Source: Candidatus Micrarchaeota archaeon (GTDB taxonomy: Archaea; Micrarchaeota; Micrarchaeia; Micrarchaeales; CABMGC01). From it: a DNA stretch of 52,971 bases. The notes beneath the pieces are model-generated. The model saw only the letters and a list, made by a program, of their open reading frames with translations, was not told the origin of the DNA and did not search any database. The DNA lies in contig CAZXIK010000001.1 in the NCBI GenBank assembly GCA_964640735.1, positions 1-52,971 on the forward strand, read 5' to 3'. The position numbers were made by a program, and so were the translations under genes. Below, piece by piece: positions 1 through 8,351 of the stretch. Every line of letters starts with the position of its first letter. The stretch's first letter is position 1.

Positions 1-54
1 ATTACTAGCCAAACAGCTTAGCAGGCTGCCGCCCTACCACTAGGCGAACCCAGC
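1..54 (-). tRNA. tRNA-Ser(GCU), 5' portion only; truncated by the window start
   Basis: The reverse complement of 1-54 reads GCTGGGT-TC-GCCT-AGTGGTA-GGGC-G-GCAGC-CTGCTAA-GCTGT-TTGGCTAGTAAT. This gives an acceptor strand, D arm, anticodon arm with GCT in the anticodon position, and the start of a long (class II) variable arm. The T arm and 3' acceptor lie off-window. Confidence 0.55.
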
Positions 55-87
55 ATGCAGCAGAATTGGAAATTCAGTAATTAAAGG

Positions 88-708
88 CTATGCGTGAATC
101 CCTTTCAGTACTCTCGCTATCTGGCCTGCGCTTATTGCGCCCTCGCGCAATATTTTGGGCTTGGCCAGGGAGGCATCAACAACGGTAGACTCCGTCTTGT
201 GCTTTGTCTCTCCGCCATCTATCAATATGTCCACAAGGGGGACAAGGCTCGCATCAAGCTGATCAGTATCGCTCGCGCTCTTTAATCCGGAGATGTTTGC
301 AGATGTTGAAGTGACGGGCTTCCCGAATTTCTTCAGCATCAGGAGAACGAAACTGTTTTTTGGGATTCTTATCCCGATTTTCCCTCTGGCAGTTATCTGC
401 GGCAGACTTACCCTTGAGCGCAATACGATGGTCATAGGGCCAGGAAGGAAGCTTTTGGCAAGAGCGATTGCTGACTTGTTGAACTCCGCGATCCTTTTTG
501 CTTGGGACAGGCTTGCTACCGCAACAGAGACAGGTTTTTTGGGATCCCTCTTCTTTATCTCGAAGAGGCTCCTGACCGCTTTCCTGTTTGTGGCGTCAAC
601 CCCAAGTCCATAGACGGTTTCGGTAGGATAGATTACTGCTCTGCCTTTCGAGAGAGCTTTTGCGCACTCCGCAGCTGCTGATTGACTGGGCTTGAGAATC
701 CTCGCCAT
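88..708 (-). CDS. L-threonylcarbamoyladenylate synthase, YrdC/Sua5/TsaC family (YrdC domain only)
   Basis: ORF 88..744 carries YrdC-like motifs (VIYPTETVYGLGVDA, KKRDPKKPVSV, TSTSANISG). I moved the start to ATG 708 (MARILKP...) because 709-744 appears to belong to the 3' end of the adjacent SRP RNA. Confidence 0.8.
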   Translation of the reverse strand: MARILKPSQSAAAECAKALSKGRAVIYPTETVYGLGVDATNRKAVRSLFEIKKRDPKKPVSVAVASLSQAKRIAEFNKSAIALAKSFLPGPMTIVLRSRVSLPQITARGKIGIRIPKNSFVLLMLKKFGKPVTSTSANISGLKSASDTDQLDASLVPLVDILIDGGETKHKTESTVVDASLAKPKILREGAISAGQIARVLKGIHA

Positions 709-717
709 GAGAACCAC

Positions 718-985
718 ATGCAGCAGGGGTCGGCTTTGCCGCATAAGCGCACGTTAGGTTTGCTACTCCTATGCTCAGCCCTGTATCTTCAGAGCATAGC
801 CGCATATAGTTAGGGTTGCTCCTTCCGGCCTGGCCCGGTTCGTACATGAGACCACCACTGAAGGCAAGACGTCGACGCTTCGGTTTAGGCCACGCGTGAA
901 CTAATGCAACGCAGCCGGCATGCGGCCCGCCGGAGGGGATTTGCGGATGGGAAACCCCTAGCTTCCCGCCTTCCTACTGCGACTA
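718..985 (-). ncRNA. Signal recognition particle RNA (7S/SRP RNA); ends approximate
   Basis: The minus strand reads ...CCGGGCCAGGCCGGAAGGAGCAACCC..., matching the universally conserved helix-8 motif (compare E. coli 4.5S CAGGUCCGGAAGGAAGCAGCC). The terminal helices pair: GCCGCAT with ATGCGGC, and AGGGGT with ACCCCT. The element is GC-rich and about 265 nt, with an AT-rich TATA-like stretch just upstream at 990-1015. No credible protein ORF is present. Confidence 0.75.
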
Positions 986-1047
986 ACATAACGTATTAAT
1001 ACCTATTAAGCATTATGCTTATGCTATTGAAATTCTAGGGTCAGCGC

Positions 1048-1470
1048 ATGGCATCAAGCGATGAGGAATACGCGAAGCTCCTTGACAGGGCATTTGCAGC
1101 ATTGCCCAGCCTGTCCGCCGAGAAGGTGGACTTCAAGATACCCGAGGTTGACTCGATCATACAGGGAAGCAAGACGATAGTGAGGAACTTCGCCCAGATA
1201 AGCGACGCTGCGAGGAGGGACCCTGATGACATGGCCAAGCATCTCACAAAGGAGCTTGCTGCGCCCGTGAGCGTTGGTGATTCCAAGCTGACGATAAGCA
1301 CAAAGGTTCAGGCATCAGCCCTCAATGAGAAAATAAAGAAATATTTCCAGACTTATGTTATATGCAAGGAGTGCCACAAGCCTGACACGCACATCGAAGG
1401 GATGGAGCGAGGGTATGAGATGATTGTGTGCGAGGCCTGCGGAGCCAGGTATACAGTGAAGAGGTCGTAA
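1048..1470 (+). CDS. Translation initiation factor aIF2 subunit beta
   Basis: 140 aa eIF2-beta/eIF5-type protein. The C-terminal zinc ribbon reads CKEC...CEACG, and the length is typical of archaeal homologues. Confidence 0.85.
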   Translation: MASSDEEYAKLLDRAFAALPSLSAEKVDFKIPEVDSIIQGSKTIVRNFAQISDAARRDPDDMAKHLTKELAAPVSVGDSKLTISTKVQASALNEKIKKYFQTYVICKECHKPDTHIEGMERGYEMIVCEACGARYTVKRS

Positions 1471-1471
1471 T

Positions 1472-1810
1472 TTGTTTAGGAGAGGAGGAAACCGAGGAAG
1501 AGGGCGCGGAAGGGGCGGAAGACCGCCGGAAGCGATAACGGAGTTGAAGATTCCTCAGGACAACGAAGTTATAGGCGTGGTGAGCCAGGCCGTTGGAGCG
1601 TCGAACTTCAGGATCAGGTGCTCGGACAACTTCGAGAGGATGTGCGGCATACCAGGAAGGCTTAGGAGGAGATTCTGGATAAAGGAGAATGATCTTGTAA
1701 TTGTCAAGCCCTGGATCGTGCAGAGCAACGAGCGCGGAGACATAGTGTGGCGTTATAGCATTGGAGACCGGGACAGGCTGAAGGCAAGAGGCATAGTAGT
1801 TCCCAACTAG
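1472..1810 (+). CDS. Translation initiation factor aIF1A
   Basis: 112 aa with a TTG start one nt after the aIF2-beta stop. It has an RG-rich N-terminus and an S1-like OB fold (GRLRRRFWIKENDLVIVKPW, GDIVWRY). Confidence 0.85.
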   Translation: MFRRGGNRGRGRGRGGRPPEAITELKIPQDNEVIGVVSQAVGASNFRIRCSDNFERMCGIPGRLRRRFWIKENDLVIVKPWIVQSNERGDIVWRYSIGDRDRLKARGIVVPN

Positions 1811-1818
1811 GCGGGCTT

Positions 1819-2442
1819 ATGCCCAACAACGGTACGGCTTATTTTTTTCGTAAAACATACAGATACCAGAAAGCCAAGAAAGAGGCATTGTTTATTGCGG
1901 GCAGCATAAAATTGCCCTATCACGGGATGCAGCATCCGCTACGCGTGGAAAGAATAGCGATGGAGATAGCCAAGAAAGAGAAAGTTGGGATGCAAGAAAT
2001 GGAGCTACTTTCGTTGGCTGCTTTGTTCCACGACACTGGATACGGCGTGGTTTATAAGGACAATGAGCCGGAGGGGGCGAGGATCGCTGGAAGCAAGATG
2101 AATGAGGCTGGATATTCTAGCAAGGACATTGAACTGGTCAAAGACATGATTGTGTATGGCACCAGGTTTCCACAGCATCCGAGAACGAGGCTTCAGGAGA
2201 TACTCGCCGACGCTGACGTTTCGGGTTTCGGCACAAGCGCATTCTGGAAGTTCAGGGAGCAGGTGAGGAAAGAGGCAAAGATTAGGGAGGGACTCCAATG
2301 GCTGCTGCTCAACCAAAAGATGCTGGAACTCCACCATTTTTTCACAAAAACTGGTAAACGGATGTTCGCCGAAGGACAGAAGAAGAACACGGCGATCTTG
2401 AAACAAAAGATAAAACAGCTCAAGAAAGGCGTTTCTCATTGA
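1819..2442 (+). CDS. HD-domain phosphohydrolase
   Basis: His...HD...D signature: HPLRVERIA, AALFHDTGY, LADADVSGFG. Confidence 0.65.
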   Translation: MPNNGTAYFFRKTYRYQKAKKEALFIAGSIKLPYHGMQHPLRVERIAMEIAKKEKVGMQEMELLSLAALFHDTGYGVVYKDNEPEGARIAGSKMNEAGYSSKDIELVKDMIVYGTRFPQHPRTRLQEILADADVSGFGTSAFWKFREQVRKEAKIREGLQWLLLNQKMLELHHFFTKTGKRMFAEGQKKNTAILKQKIKQLKKGVSH

Positions 2443-2496
2443 GACTGATATTTATATTATCTAGCTAAGATTATAAGCAACTAGCCAAGTGGGATC

Positions 2497-3000
2497 ATGG
2501 ATGTATCAGCATCAGAGCAGAAGCTTGTCAACAAGTACCTATGGGAGCACGAGCGCTTCCACTTGATAGTCAAACAGAGCGTACTGCATCATGGTCCGAT
2601 ACCTCCTAAGATAATCGTGGTGACCGATGAACGCGTCATAATAATATCCAGGGGAATCGTGCCTTCCAAGATAAACATAGATTCGATACCTTTGGCGGAT
2701 ATTACCGCAGTGAAGCTGGATGAAGGGATAACGCTTTCGACTGTTTTCCTCAGGCTTGCGGGAACGATGGCCAAAGAAGGCATACTTGATGCACTGGGAG
2801 AACCGGAAGGTGAGGTCCGAGGCCTTAGCAAGGAAGACGGCAGAAGGCTTGCCGAGCAGATAGAGAAACTGATAACCCAGAAGAGGGCAACCAAACCGAT
2901 AGGAAGAGAGGCAGAGGAATTCATTTACTGCACAAAATGCGGAACGAAGAATGAGATTATGGAGAAGTGCAGGCACTGTGGAGCGGCGCTGGATATCTAA
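2497..3000 (+). CDS. Bacterial-type PH (bPH/YdbT-like) domain protein with C-terminal zinc ribbon
   Basis: The N-terminal region has the pattern KYLWEHE...VVTDERVIIISRG...IPLADITAVKL. The C-terminus reads CTKCGTKN...CRHCG. A paralog with the same architecture lies at 43120..43653. Confidence 0.55.
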   Translation: MDVSASEQKLVNKYLWEHERFHLIVKQSVLHHGPIPPKIIVVTDERVIIISRGIVPSKINIDSIPLADITAVKLDEGITLSTVFLRLAGTMAKEGILDALGEPEGEVRGLSKEDGRRLAEQIEKLITQKRATKPIGREAEEFIYCTKCGTKNEIMEKCRHCGAALDI

Positions 3001-3755
3001 CCGATTATGTAAGCGAGCGTTTTCTTAGCATCTCTTTTTATGTCATACTTCTTTGAGAAATAAAACAGGATATTGGCGACATCTCTTTCTAGGAACTTCA
3101 TCGAGTCGGGATGCTTTATGTGGACGGCCTGGCCGAAGTCAATCATATACGGTACGCCATCAAGCATCAGAATGTTGTACTCGCTGAGGTCTGCATGGAC
3201 AAGTTCGTTCTGATAGAGTTTCTTCGTATCCTCGAGTATGGTATCCAGCACCTTGCCTGGTTCTGAAAGCGGTTCGTTCCTCATAGGCTTTGATGGGTAA
3301 CCATCCTTGCCGATGAACTCGAGTGCAAGGACGTTGCCGTAAAAATAGTAAGGCTTGGGAGCGTGGATCCCCGCAGCTTCGGCAACTATGAGGTTGCCGT
3401 ACTCCTTCTTGCACCATTCATTCACGATCGCATAGATGTTTCCCTTCACTTTCCCGAATCTGGGGTCGCCCGTTATGTACTTCACCCTGTTACGGAACCT
3501 TGAGTTCTCGAGCCTGAAAATTTTGAGTGCGACGAAATCCTTTTCAACTTTTTCCCCGGCATCCGCCAGGTAAACGTCCGCTTCCTTTCCGCGGGCGATG
3601 ATGAACTGCATGCTAGCTATTATCCCTTTGGCGAAGAACTTGCCTAGCCTGAGCATCGTCCTTGTGTCGAAGACCCCTTCCTCTATCTTCAGCTGCTCGC
3701 GCAGCATGTAGTCCTCCCTGCTTGGCTCTTTCTCCCTGCTTCGCTTACGTGCCAT
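2997..3755 (-). CDS. RIO-type serine/threonine protein kinase (Rio1-like)
   Basis: RIO kinase pattern: GKEADVY, ALKIFR, VHADLSEYNIL, IDFGQAV. It overlaps the convergent neighbour by 4 nt. Confidence 0.85.
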   Translation of the reverse strand: MARKRSREKEPSREDYMLREQLKIEEGVFDTRTMLRLGKFFAKGIIASMQFIIARGKEADVYLADAGEKVEKDFVALKIFRLENSRFRNRVKYITGDPRFGKVKGNIYAIVNEWCKKEYGNLIVAEAAGIHAPKPYYFYGNVLALEFIGKDGYPSKPMRNEPLSEPGKVLDTILEDTKKLYQNELVHADLSEYNILMLDGVPYMIDFGQAVHIKHPDSMKFLERDVANILFYFSKKYDIKRDAKKTLAYIIG

Positions 3756-3892
3756 ACGGTATTTATTTGTAGTCAGCTATATGAATACATGCATCAGCCA
3801 GCGGCGATAATCTGGGGGAAGTCAGGATAATAGTAGACAAGCGCGAAAGAAACATAGAAATCCTTGAGGGGCTTTCGGGATCCGGAATAATA

Positions 3893-4453
3893 GTGAACCT
3901 CGAGTCGCTTCCTGTCGGAGACTACATATTATCTGAGCGGATCGGGGTTGAGCGCAAGACTGTCCACGATTTTGAGAGCTCCATAATCAATGCTAGGCTC
4001 TTCGACCAGATAGAGAGGCTGGACCACAGCTTCAAGAAACCCATCCTGCTGCTCGAGGGAGAGGACTCTGAGTTCACTATGAACCCGAACGTCGTGCTTG
4101 GCGCGATAATAAGCCTCTACAGGGATTACAACGTTCAGGTAATAAGGTCCAAAGATTCCCAGGAAACGGTTTCCACCCTTGCGCGGCTTGCCGAACTGGA
4201 GCAGGATGATAAGCGACAGCCGAGAGTTTTGGGTTCAAAAAAAGCGCACAGCGATGCCGATTGGCAGATATTGATACTTAGCTCGTTGCCCGGTGTTGGG
4301 CCCAAGCTTGCAAAATCGTTGATAAGCCACTTCAAGACAGTAAAAGGTGTTGTTTCTGCGAATCCAGAGGAGCTCATCAAAGTCCAGAAAGTGGGAAAGA
4401 AGAAGGCGCAGAGAATACACGAGATACTTAACGCCGAATTCAATGGAAACTAG
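3893..4453 (+). CDS. XPF/ERCC4-family structure-specific nuclease (short archaeal XPF: nuclease domain plus HhH2). The true N-terminus almost certainly lies upstream, reaching at least 3821.
   Basis: The ERCC4 motif is GDY...ERK..HD, and the C-terminal (HhH)2 reads LPGVGPKLAKSL...VQKVGKKKAQRI. In-frame sequence upstream of the GTG call encodes VRIIVDKRERNIEILEGL, which is the conserved first strand and acidic motif, but it has no ATG, GTG or TTG. Confidence 0.8.
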   Translation: MNLESLPVGDYILSERIGVERKTVHDFESSIINARLFDQIERLDHSFKKPILLLEGEDSEFTMNPNVVLGAIISLYRDYNVQVIRSKDSQETVSTLARLAELEQDDKRQPRVLGSKKAHSDADWQILILSSLPGVGPKLAKSLISHFKTVKGVVSANPEELIKVQKVGKKKAQRIHEILNAEFNGN

Positions 4454-4506
4454 TTCCACGGGAATTTTTATTAAGGCCGGATGATAATCTGATCGGGGGT
4501 GCTTAA

Positions 4507-5109
4507 ATGGGAAAGATATATTTCGTTACAACGAACAAAGCGAAGTTCCTTTCCGCTGAGCGAAGGCTGTCGCCTCATGGAATCGAATTAGTACTGGTGA
4601 ACGCGGCTATAGATGAACCCGAATATACCAATAGCTCGAAAGAGATAGTGAAGGCGAAGTGTGTTTTTGCTCTAGGAAAAGTCCCTGGGCCAGTGATATG
4701 CGAAGACGGTGGCTTCTTTGTCAACGCTCTAGGAGGAGAGCCCGGAGTGAAGGCGCACGGCTATCTTGCGGCCAAAAATAATGAAGGGCTAAAGGGTGCG
4801 GAAAAACTCCTGGTCGAAATAAAAGATAGCGATGACAGAGGCGCTTATTTCTTCAGCGTTGCAGGCTACATGGAAGCAGGATGGGAAGAACCTGTTTACT
4901 TCAGTTCTAAGGTCGAAGGAAAGATATCACATGAGCTTCGTGGTCCGGCACAGGAGAGGAATTGGTCTTCAATTCACCGCGTTTTCATTCCGAGGGGGTC
5001 TGGAAAAACGTTGGCAGAGATGGATGATGACGAATATGAAGAATTCTCGAAAAAGATTTCGGTGTTTATGAAACTGGAAAGGTATTTGACGAAAGCAAAA
5101 GAGATTTAG
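4507..5109 (+). CDS. Non-canonical purine NTP pyrophosphatase (Ham1/RdgB/ITPase family)
   Basis: FVTTNKAKF at the N-terminus and CEDGGFFVNALGGEPGV resemble Ham1 motifs. Length is about 200 aa. Confidence 0.6.
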   Translation: MGKIYFVTTNKAKFLSAERRLSPHGIELVLVNAAIDEPEYTNSSKEIVKAKCVFALGKVPGPVICEDGGFFVNALGGEPGVKAHGYLAAKNNEGLKGAEKLLVEIKDSDDRGAYFFSVAGYMEAGWEEPVYFSSKVEGKISHELRGPAQERNWSSIHRVFIPRGSGKTLAEMDDDEYEEFSKKISVFMKLERYLTKAKEI

Positions 5110-5585
5110 TCATCCATGAGCTCTGCTATCGCAACTTTCCCTGCTTCTTTAGCCTCCATCTGCAGTTTTATCTCCATGATTTTTTGGATTGCATGGGTCT
5201 TTACGAATTTTTTAATTAGCGGAGGCGTGGTTGAGAAGAGCATGAACCTGTCTTTTTTCTTTGCTCCGCAGTCCTTCAGCGCCTTGCCTATGTTCATTGT
5301 CCCGCATGCAAGGAGAAGAGTTTCAAGTTGGGCACTTTTGGATCTCGCAATACCTTCCTTGATCCTTATTGAAGCGTTGACAAATGCGGGCAGGATTCTT
5401 TCTATTACTCGTTCACTATAATCCAGAAGCAGGATGAACCGCGAGTTGTTTGAGGCTTTTTTTGAAGCCTCGACCAGTTCCTCAATCTCTTTGGCGCTGC
5501 TGCAAACGTACAGTATTGGTTTGTTTCTGAATTCCAGGATCTGGCTTTTCAAATCAATCGCCGCAATCAATAAAGCCTTTTCCAT
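5106..5585 (-). CDS. KEOPS complex subunit Cgi121 (putative)
   Basis: 159 aa. ARSKSAQLETLLLACGTMNIGKALKDCGAKKKDRFMLFS resembles the Cgi121 core, as recalled from the M. jannaschii sequence. Confidence 0.5.
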   Translation of the reverse strand: MEKALLIAAIDLKSQILEFRNKPILYVCSSAKEIEELVEASKKASNNSRFILLLDYSERVIERILPAFVNASIRIKEGIARSKSAQLETLLLACGTMNIGKALKDCGAKKKDRFMLFSTTPPLIKKFVKTHAIQKIMEIKLQMEAKEAGKVAIAELMDD

Positions 5586-5624
5586 TTAAACTTATATAGC
5601 ATATTCTAAAAGACAAGTGAAAGC

Positions 5625-6023
5625 ATGAGTCAATTCGGTGCACAGCTGCATGGCAAGTCGGACAGGGCCTCTTCGGGCAGCGGAAGGGTGAAGAGCAAAC
5701 TCAGGGACAAAAGGAGAAGCGAGATCGGCCGCTATTTCACGGAGACCAAGGTCGGAAGCGAGCTCATGATACAAAAGGTCAGGACCAGAGGTGGCGGAAA
5801 CAAAGACACGCTAAGGAAAGTCGTATTCGCAAACGTACTCACAAAACAGGGCTACAAGAAGAGCAAGATCGTTGGAGTTATTGAGTCCAAGGATAACAGG
5901 AACTTCGCCAGGCTAGGCATAATCACAAAAGGAGCCGTGATAAACACGGAGCTTGGGAAGGCGCGTGTTCTCAACAAGCCAGGCCAGGAGGGCAGCATTA
6001 ACGCACTGCTGATAGAAGGGTGA
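5625..6023 (+). CDS. rps8e: 30S ribosomal protein S8e
   Basis: 132 aa basic protein with the S8e pattern: KRRSEIGR, VRTRGGGNK, NFARLGIITKGAVI. Confidence 0.85.
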   Translation: MSQFGAQLHGKSDRASSGSGRVKSKLRDKRRSEIGRYFTETKVGSELMIQKVRTRGGGNKDTLRKVVFANVLTKQGYKKSKIVGVIESKDNRNFARLGIITKGAVINTELGKARVLNKPGQEGSINALLIEG

Positions 6024-6496
6024 ATGCGATACCTGCGAGAGTATACGTCCTGAACTCTTCGGATGCGCCCGCCCTAAAGAAGCTGCTCGAATACGACCCG
6101 TATCTTGATCCGAACCTGATCCCCTCGATGCCGAAGAAATGGGATGATAAGGACGTGAGTATGCTCAACCCAGAGGATAAAGCGGAAGCCGAAAAAATAA
6201 AGAAGCAGATCGACGATGCGCTTGTGAAGCTTAAAACAGACAGGGACCTGAACACGATATTTGCAAGGCAGGATTACATGCTGAAGGATGGCGTCTCTGT
6301 AGGAATGGACAGGGAAAAAACTTATCTTTACCTGAGCGCAGATGACACTTTTCTTAAAGATGCTGAACCAAAGCTGAAAAAAAGCATCGCTTCGATCCAA
6401 AGAGCCGAAGAAAACGTGGAAAAACAGATAATAGACACCATCGATAAGGAGAGGCAGCAAGCAGACACAGGCCTCGGACTCATATTCGGGCAGTGA
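6020..6496 (+). CDS. Hypothetical acidic protein with a ribosomal-stalk-like C-terminal tail
   Basis: The GTG start overlaps the S8e stop as GTGA. The 158 aa product is Lys/Asp/Glu-rich and ends ...QQADTGLGLIFGQ. I recognise no family. Confidence 0.5.
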   Translation: MNAIPARVYVLNSSDAPALKKLLEYDPYLDPNLIPSMPKKWDDKDVSMLNPEDKAEAEKIKKQIDDALVKLKTDRDLNTIFARQDYMLKDGVSVGMDREKTYLYLSADDTFLKDAEPKLKKSIASIQRAEENVEKQIIDTIDKERQQADTGLGLIFGQ

Positions 6497-6500
6497 TTGG

Positions 6501-7403
6501 ATGAACTTCCTGAGCATAAACGACCTTTCGCGCGACCAGATGAACGAGATATTCGAGATTGCTGACGAGATCAGCATGGGAAAAAGCAGGATTTCGGTGA
6601 GGGAAGGCGCCGTGCTCGCTCTCCTGTTCGAGCAGAACTCGACAAGAACGAGAGTGTCGTTCGAGGTCGCGATGGCCAGGCTTGGAGGAAGATCGATTTA
6701 CATCGATGCGAAAACGACACAGATGTCCCGGGGCGAACCGATCTCGGACACCGCGAAGATGCTCAGCCTGTATGTCGATTTCGTTGCCGCGCGGATGCAG
6801 AGGCACGATGATCTTTTGGAGTTTGCGGAGAACTCCACAATCCCGGTAATCAACGCCATGACAGACCTAGAGCATCCCACGCAGGCTCTTGCCGACCTCT
6901 ACACGATAACAAACGCGAAGAGGAGGATGAGAGGATTGAGGATCGCCTGCACGGGAGACGTCGCCAGAAACACGGTCAATTCGCTGATGCTCGCTGCAAC
7001 CAAGATGGGCGCAGAGGTCGCGCTCATAGGACCGCGGGATTTGGCGCCCAATCCCGAGTACCTCACAAGGGCGAAGGAGTACGGCATAGTTGACATTTAC
7101 GATACAATGGAGGAGGGGCTTTCAGGGGCGGACGTGATCTATACTGATGCATTTGTGAGCGCAGGCAACGAGAGCGATGCAGAAAAGAGGAAGAAAATGT
7201 TTGCGAACTACCAGGTGAACAGCCAAACGCTGCAGTATGCTGGGAAGGATGTTCTTGTGATGCACCCTCTGCCTGCTTTCAGGGGGCAGGAGATTACCGC
7301 CGAAGTGCTCGACGGCTCAAGGAGCATAGTATGGGAGCAGAGCAGGAACAGCCTGCTGCTCAATCAGGCCATACTCACATACATCTCTGAAAGGAGCATG
7401 TGA
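6501..7403 (+). CDS. Ornithine carbamoyltransferase-like transcarbamylase
   Basis: STRTRVSFE, MSRGEPISDT, HPTQALAD, DAFVSAGNE (SMG-like) and HPLPAFRGQEIT. The core carbamoyl-phosphate motifs are intact, and the ornithine-type motifs are slightly variant. Confidence 0.75.
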   Translation: MNFLSINDLSRDQMNEIFEIADEISMGKSRISVREGAVLALLFEQNSTRTRVSFEVAMARLGGRSIYIDAKTTQMSRGEPISDTAKMLSLYVDFVAARMQRHDDLLEFAENSTIPVINAMTDLEHPTQALADLYTITNAKRRMRGLRIACTGDVARNTVNSLMLAATKMGAEVALIGPRDLAPNPEYLTRAKEYGIVDIYDTMEEGLSGADVIYTDAFVSAGNESDAEKRKKMFANYQVNSQTLQYAGKDVLVMHPLPAFRGQEITAEVLDGSRSIVWEQSRNSLLLNQAILTYISERSM

Positions 7404-7424
7404 ACTTTTGCCGCATCGCATCGG

Positions 7425-8351
7425 CTATAGCTTAATCATTCCTGCAAGCCAAAGCATTATCGCCTTTTGTACGTGCAGCCTGTTCTCCGCCTGATCGAAC
7501 AGGATCGACATAGGGGAGTAGACCGACCACTCATCAATTTCATACCCCATGTGGATAGGCATGTCGTGCATTATGAGCGCGTTGGTCTTTTCTACGAGTC
7601 TTCTGTTGAGCTGGTACGGCATGAATGTCCTCATCCTCCTTTCCTTCTCTTTATTGAATGCGGGATCCTGGAAAACCTCCATGTTCACCCATGTATCGGT
7701 GTATACTATATCTGCGCCTTCGACCGCTTTTGGAGGATTCTTTTCTTCCTCGTACAATCCGCTCTTCTTCACTTCAGCGAGGAGCTCTTTATCGACGCTT
7801 AAGGGATCCGTTTCTGGGGCGCAGAGCGTAAATCGCATTCCTGTCCTAACACACCCGAGACTCAGGGTATTGCTGACATTGTTTCCGATTCCTAAGTAAA
7901 CAAGCTTGAGTCCTTTGAGCTTGCCCTTGCGTTCCTTTATGGTCATAAGGTCGCCGAGCGTCTGGCACGGGTGGTACTTCTCGCAAAGGCCGTTAATCAC
8001 AGGCACCTCGGAAGCCGCCGCCATCTTCTCAAGGTCGGAGTGCTTGATCAATCTTGCCATTATCATATCAGACAACCTGGAGAGAACCTTGCTTTCTGAC
8101 TTTAGATCGGTCATTGTGAACTGGGTCGTCTTCCAGTCCAAAAATATCGCGTGCCCGCCGAGCTGCGTCATGCCTGTCTCGAAAGACACCCTGGTCCTGG
8201 TTGAGGTTTTCTGGAAAACCATCGCGAGCGTCTTGTGGTCGAGCGAACGCCACCACTTTTTCTGGTTCTTTTTGATCTCGATTGCCTTGCTCACCAGCTT
8301 CTCTATCCGCCTGCCGTCCAGCTCTTTCAGAGTCAAAAGATGTTGCACCAT
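7425..8351 (-). CDS. Divergent OTC-family transcarbamylase paralog; substrate or activity uncertain
   Basis: STRTRVSFE, HPCQTLGD and a C-terminal DQAENRLHVQKAIMLWL are strongly OTC-like. However, RGE is replaced by TMTDLKSE, SMG by NME, and HCLP..RGEE by HDMPIHMGYE. The start is taken at MVQHLL; the ORF track extends to 8375. Confidence 0.7.
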   Translation of the reverse strand: MVQHLLTLKELDGRRIEKLVSKAIEIKKNQKKWWRSLDHKTLAMVFQKTSTRTRVSFETGMTQLGGHAIFLDWKTTQFTMTDLKSESKVLSRLSDMIMARLIKHSDLEKMAAASEVPVINGLCEKYHPCQTLGDLMTIKERKGKLKGLKLVYLGIGNNVSNTLSLGCVRTGMRFTLCAPETDPLSVDKELLAEVKKSGLYEEEKNPPKAVEGADIVYTDTWVNMEVFQDPAFNKEKERRMRTFMPYQLNRRLVEKTNALIMHDMPIHMGYEIDEWSVYSPMSILFDQAENRLHVQKAIMLWLAGMIKL

